Below, one piece after another: positions 6,749-14,153 of a stretch of DNA of 46,189 nt (its first letter is position 1; the number at the start of each line of letters is the position of its first letter). A model generated the notes under the pieces. It did not search any database and was not told the origin of the DNA. It was given only the letters and a program-made list of their open reading frames with translations. Source of the DNA: a virus. The translations under genes and the position numbers were made by a program. The DNA lies in the IMG/VR virus record IMGVR_UViG_3300025302_000001; one strand, 5' to 3'.

Positions 6749-6783
6749 ATGACTTGGCCCATCAGATCAGGGGAGACCGAGCC

Positions 6784-7149
6784 ATGAACCAGCATCTGCC
6801 GCCTTCCAACCTTCGCGAAGTCAGCATCGTCCCACCGCTCAAGTCCGCCGAGCAGTTCATCGTGGTTCGCGGCACCCGCCGCGGGAACGTGTCCTACGTC
6901 GAGGACACCATGATGAACCGCGCTGACGTGACCGCCCATATCTCGGAAGACATCGAGCAGCTTCATCAAGTCATTGCCTTTGACCTCGCCAACGGCACGT
7001 CCCGCGACGCCACGCTCGAGCTTGTCTCGCTCATCTTCGAGCGCTGGGCGCAGGACGACAAGGAGCTGACCCGTTCCCAGCGTGACACCGTCGCCTCATT
7101 CAAGGGCGAGGCGTTCGCCAACTGCTTCAGGCTTGAGGAGGTGGCGTGA
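6784..7149 (+). CDS. Hypothetical protein (121 aa), first gene of the rightward operon
   Basis: GGGGAG lies upstream of the ATG at 6784 (MNQHLPPS...). Confidence 0.6.
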   Translation: MNQHLPPSNLREVSIVPPLKSAEQFIVVRGTRRGNVSYVEDTMMNRADVTAHISEDIEQLHQVIAFDLANGTSRDATLELVSLIFERWAQDDKELTRSQRDTVASFKGEAFANCFRLEEVA

Positions 7150-7226
7150 TGGAAAACCGCGCCGAACTCATCCTCTGCTGCATCGGCCTCTACGCCATCG
7201 GCTTTTTCATTGGAGTTTCGATATGA
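7149..7226 (+). CDS. Tiny hydrophobic ORF (25 aa)
   Basis: MENRAELILCCIGLYAIGFFIGVSI. TGATG junction upstream, ATGA junction downstream. Confidence 0.35.
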   Translation: MENRAELILCCIGLYAIGFFIGVSI

Positions 7227-7546
7227 GCTTCATGTCTGACTTTGACCTTCAGTTGCAGGCCATCGCCCATGAGATGGTTGAGCCCGGCACCCCCCAGCAG
7301 CTCGTCGAGGAACGCGTTCACCGCCTCGCCGAAGACATGACCGACCTTGCAATGCTCGCGCTCGATCCGGAGCAGAAGCCCCTCATCCAGAGGGAAGCGC
7401 GCGGGATCGCCCAAATCCTTCTCCGCGCCAAGCTAATGCTCTCGGTCTTCGAGGGCGAGGACATCGATCAGATCCGCCGGCTGATCGTCGCGCTGGAAGT
7501 CCCGAAGCGCCCGCTGGGCCAACTGAGTGTGGTGCGAAATGGCTAA
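7223..7546 (+). CDS. Hypothetical protein (107 aa)
   Basis: Start reset to MSFMSDF by ATGA coupling. Confidence 0.6.
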   Translation: MSFMSDFDLQLQAIAHEMVEPGTPQQLVEERVHRLAEDMTDLAMLALDPEQKPLIQREARGIAQILLRAKLMLSVFEGEDIDQIRRLIVALEVPKRPLGQLSVVRNG

Positions 7547-8252
7547 TCGTCTCCCCAAGGAAATCTCCGAGTTCATGGAGAAGTACGGCGTCGGCGCCGA
7601 CGAGGTTTGGCCTGTTCCTGGCGGGAAGGCTTACGCCGTCAAGCACAAGGCGCTGGAGCGGATCGCCGTCACCCAAAGGATCAGCTTCGAGCGGCCCGCC
7701 GTGATTGGCTGCGACCTCGCCGAAAGGAGTATGGTCGTCTGTGTGTTCGGCAAGATGGGCGACCGCGAGGAATGGACGTTCGGCGAGGCTAGCCCAGGCA
7801 ACAACAAGAACCAGTATTTTGCCGCGATGACGGAGAAGCGCGCCAAGGATCGCGTGATCCTGAAGCTTCTGTCTGCTCATGGAGACCTCTATTCCGAGGA
7901 CGAGGCCGAGGACTTCAAGCGGGCCAACCCGCACGTCACGCGCGCGTCGGACATTCTGCCGACGGCGGAATACGACGACCATGGCGAGATCGTTGACAAC
8001 ATCCCGCATGGCGAGCCTTCGCAAAAGCTTCGCGTTGCCGACCAGCGCCCGCTTTTCGCGGCGATCCAGAAAGAGGCACATGCCTTTGGTGACGCCAAGA
8101 AGTTTCTGGCCTGGATGAAGGACGAGAAGACCATCGCGAGGGTCGCGGACTTCAAGCCCGATTGGCAGGAAATGTTTCGCGGTGTTTGCAAGGAGCACCT
8201 TGCAGCACTGCGCACGCAAGAAGCTGGCGACGACATGCGCATGGCTGGATAG
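7539..8252 (+). CDS. Hypothetical protein (237 aa); possible recombination/annealing function by position only
   Basis: Sits immediately upstream of the SSB-like gene. FAAMTEKRAKDRVILKLL vaguely recalls annealing-protein motifs. Not a firm assignment. Confidence 0.55.
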   Translation: MANRLPKEISEFMEKYGVGADEVWPVPGGKAYAVKHKALERIAVTQRISFERPAVIGCDLAERSMVVCVFGKMGDREEWTFGEASPGNNKNQYFAAMTEKRAKDRVILKLLSAHGDLYSEDEAEDFKRANPHVTRASDILPTAEYDDHGEIVDNIPHGEPSQKLRVADQRPLFAAIQKEAHAFGDAKKFLAWMKDEKTIARVADFKPDWQEMFRGVCKEHLAALRTQEAGDDMRMAG

Positions 8253-8261
8253 GAGAGAAAC

Positions 8262-8570
8262 TTGGCCTTTGAACAACGAGACAATTCCGGCGTCCTCTTC
8301 AAGAACGACCGCAAGGAGAAGGACAACCATCCCGACTACACGGGCAACGGCATGATCGACGGGCGCGAGTATTGGATCTCGGCCTGGGTCAAGGACGGCC
8401 AGAAAGGCAAGTTCTTCTCCTTCGCCTTCAAGCCGAAGGAATTGGCGCCGAAGGACCAATTTGTCGGCGGCTCGGGCCGTTCATCGAAGCCTGATCCGAT
8501 CTCGACGGGGCGCCCTCGCAACAGCGACATGGACGACGACCAAATCCCGTTCGCTCCTGAGTTTCGCTGA
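8262..8570 (+). CDS. Putative ssDNA-binding (OB-fold type) protein with an SSB-like acidic DDDQIPF segment
   Basis: TTG start with AGGAGAG upstream. [23 protein letters not shown]... and C-terminal [14 protein letters not shown] resemble an SSB tip. Confidence 0.45.
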   Translation: MAFEQRDNSGVLFKNDRKEKDNHPDYTGNGMIDGREYWISAWVKDGQKGKFFSFAFKPKELAPKDQFVGGSGRSSKPDPISTGRPRNSDMDDDQIPFAPEFR

Positions 8571-8590
8571 CTTCACGCTTCGGGGGAAGC

Positions 8591-8908
8591 ATGACCGACA
8601 ACCTACCATGGTCTGAGCAATTCCGCATCGTCGCCAAGCAATGGGTCGATGCAGATGCTGCCGCAACAATCCTTGAGGACACCAAGTCCGCCGTAATGGC
8701 TGAGCGCATGCTCGGCCTTGGGGAGATGGCCGTCAACAAGGCTGAGGCGCTGGTCAAGGCTTCTCCCGAGTGGAAGCGGCACGTCGAGTCCATCGTCAAC
8801 GCCAGGCGCGCCGCGAACCGCCTCAAGGTGCAGATGGAGTATCTGCGCATGAAGTTCTCCGAGTGGCAGTCGCACGAGGCGACAAAGCGGACGGAGGCGC
8901 GTCTATGA
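8591..8908 (+). CDS. Hypothetical protein (105 aa)
   Basis: SD-like GGGGGAAG upstream; helical composition. Confidence 0.65.
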   Translation: MTDNLPWSEQFRIVAKQWVDADAAATILEDTKSAVMAERMLGLGEMAVNKAEALVKASPEWKRHVESIVNARRAANRLKVQMEYLRMKFSEWQSHEATKRTEARL

Positions 8909-9246
8909 GACAGCGCATGCCCCGCGCCCACAACGACGCTCACCTCGAGTTCATCCGTCAATTGCCATGCGTATCTTGCGGTAACGATATCGAGACCCAG
9001 GCGGCACATCTCCGCTCGGACAATCGGATGTACGGCAAGACGACCTCGGGCATGCAGATGAAGCCGGACGACAGATGGACGCTGCCGCTATGCGGGCGCT
9101 GCCATGACGTCCAGCACCGGGGCAATGAGAAGAATTTTTGGACGAACCTCGGGATCAATCCATGGGTTCTGGCGCTCAGCCTGCACGCGGCGAGTGGCGA
9201 CCACGAGCTCGCTCATGAAGTGATCAGCTACCAGGTGCGCCGATGA
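8905..9246 (+). CDS. DUF968-type HNH-like zinc-binding protein
   Basis: HLEFIRQLPCVSCG...AAHLR...LPLCGRCHDVQHRGNEKNFW. ATGA start coupling. Confidence 0.55.
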   Translation: MRQRMPRAHNDAHLEFIRQLPCVSCGNDIETQAAHLRSDNRMYGKTTSGMQMKPDDRWTLPLCGRCHDVQHRGNEKNFWTNLGINPWVLALSLHAASGDHELAHEVISYQVRR

Positions 9247-9338
9247 CCGCCATCGCCGCCATCGTGTTCGGGATCGTCTTCCTGCTGCTTGTGTCTGGCG
9301 TCGCCTATCGCGCGCTGCTGCGGCTGTTCAGGTCGTGA
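9243..9338 (+). CDS. Tiny hydrophobic ORF (31 aa)
   Basis: MTAIAAIVFGIVFLLLVSGVAYRALLRLFRS. ATGA overlap with the upstream stop. Confidence 0.4.
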   Translation: MTAIAAIVFGIVFLLLVSGVAYRALLRLFRS

Positions 9339-9375
9339 GGACGTAATCACTGCCGCTACGACAATGGGGATGCCC

Positions 9376-9549
9376 ATGAGCTACGACGATTGGAAAACGC
9401 ACAACCCGGACGACGACCGCTGCGAATTCTGCGGTGCGGCTCCGTGGGAATGTCGCGGAGGCTGGCAGCCGAACAACTGCACTGGCGAGTGTGGCAAGGG
9501 CTGGCGCGATCCGGACCACGAATACGAAAAGATGCGAGATGAAGCATGA
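9376..9549 (+). CDS. Cys-rich 57-aa protein, paralog A (possible alternative start 9364)
   Basis: MSYDDWKTHNPDDDRCEFCGAAPWECRGGWQPNNCTGECGKGWRDPDHEYEKMRDEA. Near-identical protein at 12764..12937. Confidence 0.65.
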   Translation: MSYDDWKTHNPDDDRCEFCGAAPWECRGGWQPNNCTGECGKGWRDPDHEYEKMRDEA

Positions 9550-9696
9550 GCGAACCCATCAAGCATGTGGACTATCACCACCAGTTTAGTTGGCACGTCG
9601 TCCTATATCGCCTGCGACGGGCGATCGCTCGACACTCATCCCCACTCTCATCGCCTCACTGAGCATGAACCCCCTTCAAAAATAGGAGATTTTGAG

Positions 9697-9924
9697 ATGA
9701 CCATCGAAGAATTCGAACGGGAAGTTAACCGCCACGATCTGACCTATAGCTACAGCGACGATCACAGCGTCTGGCAGCGGGGCTCGGCCCACTATGACAA
9801 GATCCGGAAGGCCGCAGATGCCTTGCCGCGCGCGGACGTGGAGCGCGTCTGGAATGCAATGGTAGACAAGCGGCTGATTGAAGAGGTGCGCCCGCAGTTC
9901 TACTGGCGCTGGCCACAGCGCTGA
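9697..9924 (+). CDS. Hypothetical protein (75 aa)
   Basis: AGGAG upstream of the ATG at 9697 (MTIEEFEREV...). Confidence 0.6.
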   Translation: MTIEEFEREVNRHDLTYSYSDDHSVWQRGSAHYDKIRKAADALPRADVERVWNAMVDKRLIEEVRPQFYWRWPQR

Positions 9925-9963
9925 ACCCCGGCGTCACCCTCTCCTCTCCGAGGTGAGCACCCC

Positions 9964-10050
9964 ATGATCCGCGCCATCCCATACCTGATCACGATACTCA
10001 TCATCGGGGCCGCTTTGTACGGCCTGGGCGTGATGGCGGGGCCGCGATGA
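9964..10050 (+). CDS. Tiny hydrophobic ORF (28 aa)
   Basis: MIRAIPYLITILIIGAALYGLGVMAGPR. GAGGTGAG upstream. Confidence 0.4.
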   Translation: MIRAIPYLITILIIGAALYGLGVMAGPR

Positions 10051-10145
10051 CCTGTCCCGATACCTTCTCCGTCGTCTGCATCTGGTCCGCATGGCTATCA
10101 GCCTGGATCGTTCCTCCAACCGTTTTCGTGATGGTGTGGTCATGA
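10047..10145 (+). CDS. Tiny hydrophobic ORF (32 aa)
   Basis: MTCPDTFSVVCIWSAWLSAWIVPPTVFVMVWS. ATGA overlaps at both ends. Confidence 0.4.
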   Translation: MTCPDTFSVVCIWSAWLSAWIVPPTVFVMVWS

Positions 10146-10516
10146 CTGAAGAACTGACGCCGAAGTGCAGGCTGTGCGGGTTGGAAGATGGCGCCTGCAT
10201 CTGTGCGCACCTGCCGCCGCGATCCTCCGCTGCCACTGAGTATGCCGACAAAAGCGGCCTCGTTGAGGAGCTGGACCTCTACATCAAGAACGCAGAGCGA
10301 TACGAGCGCGGCGATACTGACATTCGAAGGCCCATCCCCGCCGTGACCCTGAAGGTGCTCAAGGCCGAGATAAACGCCCTAGCAAAACTTCGCGAGACCT
10401 ACAGCGAACTGTTTGTCGAAAACCTGAATGTTGTGGCCAGCCGCGACTCCTTGCGTGGCCGCGTCGAAGAATTGGAAGCCAAGCTGCACGGAGGCGACAA
10501 TGACGAGATGTTCTAA
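10142..10516 (+). CDS. Hypothetical protein (124 aa) with an N-terminal Cys cluster and a coiled coil
   Basis: MTEELTPKCRLCGLEDGACICAH... ATGA coupling. Confidence 0.6.
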   Translation: MTEELTPKCRLCGLEDGACICAHLPPRSSAATEYADKSGLVEELDLYIKNAERYERGDTDIRRPIPAVTLKVLKAEINALAKLRETYSELFVENLNVVASRDSLRGRVEELEAKLHGGDNDEMF

Positions 10517-11261
10517 ATGTGGAGGATCTATCGTTGCCTTATCTGATGGCGCAGCTTGCGATCAATGTGACTGGGAATCTGACCGCATTCCCGATGCTGC
10601 CCAAGGTGCAGCGGAGCCCCTGCGCACGGCCGTAGAAGCGCTTCTGCCCACCATCCGCTCCGTGGATCAGGAGACGACGGAGGCGATCGGGCGCGTGCGG
10701 GAAGCCCTCGCCGCCCAGCCGCCGGCCGCTCCGGTCGAGGAAGAAGGCGCACTCGGCTACGCTCAGCGGCTCGCGACTACCCTTTGGGACAAGCACTGGA
10801 AGGCGGGCGCTCCGGAATGGAAGCCGCTACCAGATCTGATCGGCGTTCTGACGCAGATCGACAACATGACGGCTGGGATCTCGCCCTCCTCTGCCGCGAC
10901 TGGCGAAGCGTGGTGCCAGCCGATGGACAACGGCAAGCACTCGGCCCGCAAGTTCCTGCTGTATTTCGAGGACGCCGATCGAGGCATCGCGGTTTTCGAC
11001 AATGAGGCGGAGGCGCGCGAGGCTTTCACGAAGGCCAACACGGCATGGAATTGCTACCTGTTCGGCGCGATGCCGCTCACCGCCACTGAACCGCAGACAC
11101 TCCCGAACCGGGAGGAAATTGCGCGCATTCTTTGGGAGCGGTTCGCCCCGGTTCATCACATCGGCTGGGCTGATGAGACGCATAAGGCCGAATATCTGGC
11201 TGCGGCCGATGCCGTCCTATCACCACTCTCGCGCCCAGTGTCGGGAGGTGGTCATGGCTGA
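10500..11261 (+). CDS. Hypothetical protein (253 aa) with an N-terminal zinc-ribbon-like CxxC...CxxC
   Basis: MTRCSKCGGSIVALSDGAACDQCDW... Confidence 0.6.
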   Translation: MTRCSKCGGSIVALSDGAACDQCDWESDRIPDAAQGAAEPLRTAVEALLPTIRSVDQETTEAIGRVREALAAQPPAAPVEEEGALGYAQRLATTLWDKHWKAGAPEWKPLPDLIGVLTQIDNMTAGISPSSAATGEAWCQPMDNGKHSARKFLLYFEDADRGIAVFDNEAEAREAFTKANTAWNCYLFGAMPLTATEPQTLPNREEIARILWERFAPVHHIGWADETHKAEYLAAADAVLSPLSRPVSGGGHG

Positions 11262-11436
11262 AACATCAGCTCGCCAGCTATTTAAAGCGCTTCCCGGATA
11301 TCCGTTCTTCCCATGCCCGTTGTGTGTGCGGGAAGGCTTCCGCGGGATGGGTGGCTGTGACCATACCGTTCTGGAGCGGGCTCAGTCCACGCATCCTGGA
11401 CTGGTTATGGTTGACCGGCAGGGCCCCTCATCATGA
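11254..11436 (+). CDS. Hypothetical Cys/His-rich protein (60 aa)
   Basis: MAETSARQLFKALPGYPFFPCPLCVREGFRGMGGCDH... Confidence 0.45.
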   Translation: MAETSARQLFKALPGYPFFPCPLCVREGFRGMGGCDHTVLERAQSTHPGLVMVDRQGPSS

Positions 11437-11507
11437 TCTGGCTTTGGCGCCTCGCAATCCTCTACTTCGTCATCGGAATTTTCATCCGTCTTTCAGGTGG
11501 GCACTAA
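11433..11507 (+). CDS. Tiny hydrophobic ORF (24 aa)
   Basis: MIWLWRLAILYFVIGIFIRLSGGH. ATGA upstream and TAATG downstream junctions. Confidence 0.35.
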   Translation: MIWLWRLAILYFVIGIFIRLSGGH

Positions 11508-12517
11508 TGCGCGTCCTTATCGGCTGCGAACAATTCGGTCATATGCGGGAAGCCTTCCGGCGCCGGGGATGGGATGCTTGGTCCTGCGATCTGGCTCCAG
11601 CTCGCGACAACAGCCTCTTCCATCTTCAATGCGACGTTCTGTCGGTTTTAGGTGACGGCTGGGATCTTGGCATCTTCCATCCCGACTGTACCTACCTGAC
11701 GTGCTCGGCGGAATGGGCCTACAACGATCCGGACTTCGAGCGCTATCCCGGCGTCGGCTATCACCAAAAGGTCAAGCCAGACACATTGGTTGGTGCAGCC
11801 AGGCGAGAAGCGCGAGAGCAGGCGATTGAGTTCGTCTTCAAGCTCCGCGACGCGCCGATCCCATATAAGGCCATCGAAAACCCTGTTGGCATTCTCTCGT
11901 CCCGCTGGCGCAAGGCGGATCAGACGGTACAGCCCTATATGTTCGGCGACGACGCCAGCAAGGGCACCTGCTGGTGGCTGGAGGGCGGCTTGCCGAAGCT
12001 GGTGCCAACCAAGCGGGTAGAACCGCGCTTGGTCAATGGCCGCCCGCGCTGGGGCAATCAGACAGATGGCGGGCAAAACAAACTGCCGCCGTCTGAGGAC
12101 CGCGCCATGCTGCGCGCGGAGACCTATCCCGGCCATGCTGAGGCGTGCGCTGATCAGTGGGGTTCCTTCGTCGCGACCCGCCTTGGCCCGCAATTCTCTG
12201 AAATAAGAATTGCCATGCCGTTCATGTCCAGGGCGGTCGAGAGCGACCCTGACCTGGTTTATGCTCCTGACGGCAAACCATGGCGCCAAGTGGCCTTTGA
12301 AGAAGCAGAAAAGCGAGAGCATCTGTTTCAAAAGTATCAGTCCGCACTCAAGAGCGGAGCGATTGAGAGGCCCTCCTCTGATGGAATCGCGGCGGCAATT
12401 CGCGAGACCGAGTACAAATACTTCGGCGACTACGAGTTGTCGGAAAGCCAGCGTGGCGCAGTTGATCTGCTGGTGAATGCAGCGCGCCATCTTTTAGCGG
12501 ATACTCAAAATGACTGA
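11507..12517 (+). CDS. Phage-type DNA cytosine-C5 methyltransferase-like protein with a ~115-aa C-terminal extension
   Basis: MRVLIGCEQFGHMREAF..., HPDCTYLT, IENPVG and ...ADQWG match the short phage family usually annotated as DNA cytosine methyltransferase. Confidence 0.55.
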   Translation: MRVLIGCEQFGHMREAFRRRGWDAWSCDLAPARDNSLFHLQCDVLSVLGDGWDLGIFHPDCTYLTCSAEWAYNDPDFERYPGVGYHQKVKPDTLVGAARREAREQAIEFVFKLRDAPIPYKAIENPVGILSSRWRKADQTVQPYMFGDDASKGTCWWLEGGLPKLVPTKRVEPRLVNGRPRWGNQTDGGQNKLPPSEDRAMLRAETYPGHAEACADQWGSFVATRLGPQFSEIRIAMPFMSRAVESDPDLVYAPDGKPWRQVAFEEAEKREHLFQKYQSALKSGAIERPSSDGIAAAIRETEYKYFGDYELSESQRGAVDLLVNAARHLLADTQND

Positions 12518-12767
12518 TCTTGTTATCATCTCGAAGCACCCGAAGGGCTTCTGGCAGGCCGATCTCTACCGCGATGCGTGGGATATTCCGCCACTCGAAT
12601 TCGAGCAAATGGGACTTTCGCCTGACGAGTTTTTCACATTGAAGCAGGGCGAGTCCCGGATAGCGGCGGTGCACCGGGCTCGGCAAAAGTGGCCTGGAGC
12701 AAAGATCGACGGGAAGCCTATTTTTGGTAGCGCCGCGCTGTCTTCGCAGAACGGAGCTGCCCCATGA
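12510..12767 (+). CDS. Hypothetical protein (85 aa)
   Basis: Track ORF, coupled at both ends. Confidence 0.6.
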   Translation: MTDLVIISKHPKGFWQADLYRDAWDIPPLEFEQMGLSPDEFFTLKQGESRIAAVHRARQKWPGAKIDGKPIFGSAALSSQNGAAP

Positions 12768-12937
12768 GCTACGACGATTGGAAAACGCATAATCCGGACG
12801 ATGACCGCTGCGAGTTTTGCGGTGCGGCTCCGTGGGAGTGTCGTGGTGGATGGCAGCCGAACAAGTGCAGCGGGGAGTGCGGTACTGGATGGCGCGATCC
12901 CGACCACGAATACGAAAAAATGAGGGATGAGGCATGA
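12764..12937 (+). CDS. Cys-rich 57-aa protein, paralog B
   Basis: MSYDDWKTHNPDDDRCEFCGAAPWECRGGWQPNKCSGECGTGWRDPDHEYEKMRDEA. ATGA overlaps at both ends. Below the track cutoff. Confidence 0.65.
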   Translation: MSYDDWKTHNPDDDRCEFCGAAPWECRGGWQPNKCSGECGTGWRDPDHEYEKMRDEA

Positions 12938-13167
12938 CTGATTGGCGCAAACTTACTGATCGTGAAGTGGTGGACGCAATGCAGGCCGACACGCCTGTCA
13001 ACCGAGTCCGGCGCATCTTCAGCGGCGAAGCTGCGAGACTTGAGCAGGCCGGCATGCAGCGATCCCCTCCGGGTCCAGTCGAATATAGGCGGATGGAATT
13101 TGAAGCGGCCGAGAAGTTGATTGAGGCCATGCATCCGCACACTCCCCAGGACACCATCCATGATTAG
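12934..13167 (+). CDS. Hypothetical protein (77 aa)
   Basis: Track ORF with ATGA coupling. Confidence 0.55.
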   Translation: MTDWRKLTDREVVDAMQADTPVNRVRRIFSGEAARLEQAGMQRSPPGPVEYRRMEFEAAEKLIEAMHPHTPQDTIHD

Positions 13168-13333
13168 GCCAACCCGCAAGCAGATCGAGGCCGCTGTCAA
13201 GGTGCTGAACGATGAAGGATTCAACATCTGCCTTCCTTGGGAAGGCGATTTGGATGATGTCGAGCGCGCCAGATATGAGGCGGTGAAAGGCGCGATTGCG
13301 GCGGCTATCAATGTTGCTGTGAAAGGAGCGTGA
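13160..13333 (+). CDS. Hypothetical protein (57 aa)
   Basis: Start reset to MIRPTRKQIEAAVKVLNDEGF... Confidence 0.5.
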   Translation: MIRPTRKQIEAAVKVLNDEGFNICLPWEGDLDDVERARYEAVKGAIAAAINVAVKGA

Positions 13334-13334
13334 G

Positions 13335-13583
13335 ATGGTGGCTTTTTCGACCATCAAGCCTGGTGACGTGCTTTGGGATTGCCATCGCGAGAAGATGGGC
13401 AACACCAAGATGACGCGCATGGGGACGTGGCGCGTCGTCGTGTACGAGGTCGATCAGGAGACGCGAAGCGCCATGGTCTCCTGGAACGGCAATCCGCGCA
13501 AGATTTGGGGCGAGCGCAAGCTGAAGGCGCTGCGGCGGTCGAAGCCCGGCAGTCGCCCTCCTGTGGGAGGAGCGCGTGAGTGA
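13335..13583 (+). CDS. Hypothetical protein (82 aa)
   Basis: AAAGGAG upstream of the ATG at 13335. Confidence 0.6.
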   Translation: MVAFSTIKPGDVLWDCHREKMGNTKMTRMGTWRVVVYEVDQETRSAMVSWNGNPRKIWGERKLKALRRSKPGSRPPVGGARE

Positions 13584-13779
13584 TCTTGTCAGCGAGACGA
13601 TGCGGCAAATCGCAACCGCGCCGATTTGTGAGCCTGTAGGCGACCAAAGAGTCGAGCGATGCCCGTGGGCGAGGACTGGCTGGGCTGTCGTCGAGAATGA
13701 CGGTTGTTGCACATGCCGCCCGGCGCCCCCTCCGGCTCACCACGAAGCACCTGAAACGAAAGGGGCAAGTCAGTCATGA
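13576..13779 (+). CDS. Hypothetical Cys-rich protein (67 aa, GTG start)
   Basis: Track ORF overlapping its neighbours by a few nt. Confidence 0.45.
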   Translation: MSDLVSETMRQIATAPICEPVGDQRVERCPWARTGWAVVENDGCCTCRPAPPPAHHEAPETKGASQS

Positions 13780-14153
13780 ATCGTCTGCTCACACTGGCTC
13801 AGGCGGCGGCCGAGCTGGGTGTGTCAAAGCGCTGGTTTCAGTATTGGCTTGCCCAAAACCCAGTGGATAGCGCAGGAATTCCGTTTTACGTTCCGATCGG
13901 TCGGAACAAGCGTTTCGACCAAGCCGATATCGGCCGGATCAAATCATCCATTCGTGAGGGGGAACGATGCCGCTTAAACTCTATCGGCGCAACGGGATCT
14001 ACCATTATCGCGGAACAGTTGGCCCAGCTGGCAAGCGCAAGCGTCTTCGGGGTTCGTGCCAAACCACGAACCAAGACATCGCAGCGCGTCAGATTGCGGA
14101 GCTTGAAGCCGGATACTGGAAAGGTCATTTCGATGGACCAGCAGCGATCCTGA
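13776..14153 (+). CDS. xis: Excisionase-like HTH protein; the functional 3' end is uncertain because the ORF runs 187 nt into int
   Basis: LLTLAQAAAELGVSKRWFQYWLA...IPFYVPIGRNKRFDQADIGRIKSSI is an excisionase-type HTH located directly upstream of int. Confidence 0.6.
   Translation: MNRLLTLAQAAAELGVSKRWFQYWLAQNPVDSAGIPFYVPIGRNKRFDQADIGRIKSSIREGERCRLNSIGATGSTIIAEQLAQLASASVFGVRAKPRTKTSQRVRLRSLKPDTGKVISMDQQRS

Noticed and set aside
7383-8459. 358-aa minus-strand ORF
   Set aside because: It is fully antisense to well-supported plus-strand genes (7539..8570). Its Arg/Leu/Val/Gly-rich composition is typical of shadow frames in GC-rich DNA, and it has no SD or coupling.
11648-12490. 280-aa minus-strand ORF
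   Set aside because: It is antisense to the methyltransferase-like gene. No independent support.
9376-12937. Diversity-generating retroelement (TR/VR pair) as an explanation for the 174-bp repeat
   Set aside because: The differences are not adenine-specific; they are mostly C/T and A/G third-position changes. There is no reverse transcriptase gene in the genome. Both copies are intact ORFs, so they are interpreted as paralogs.
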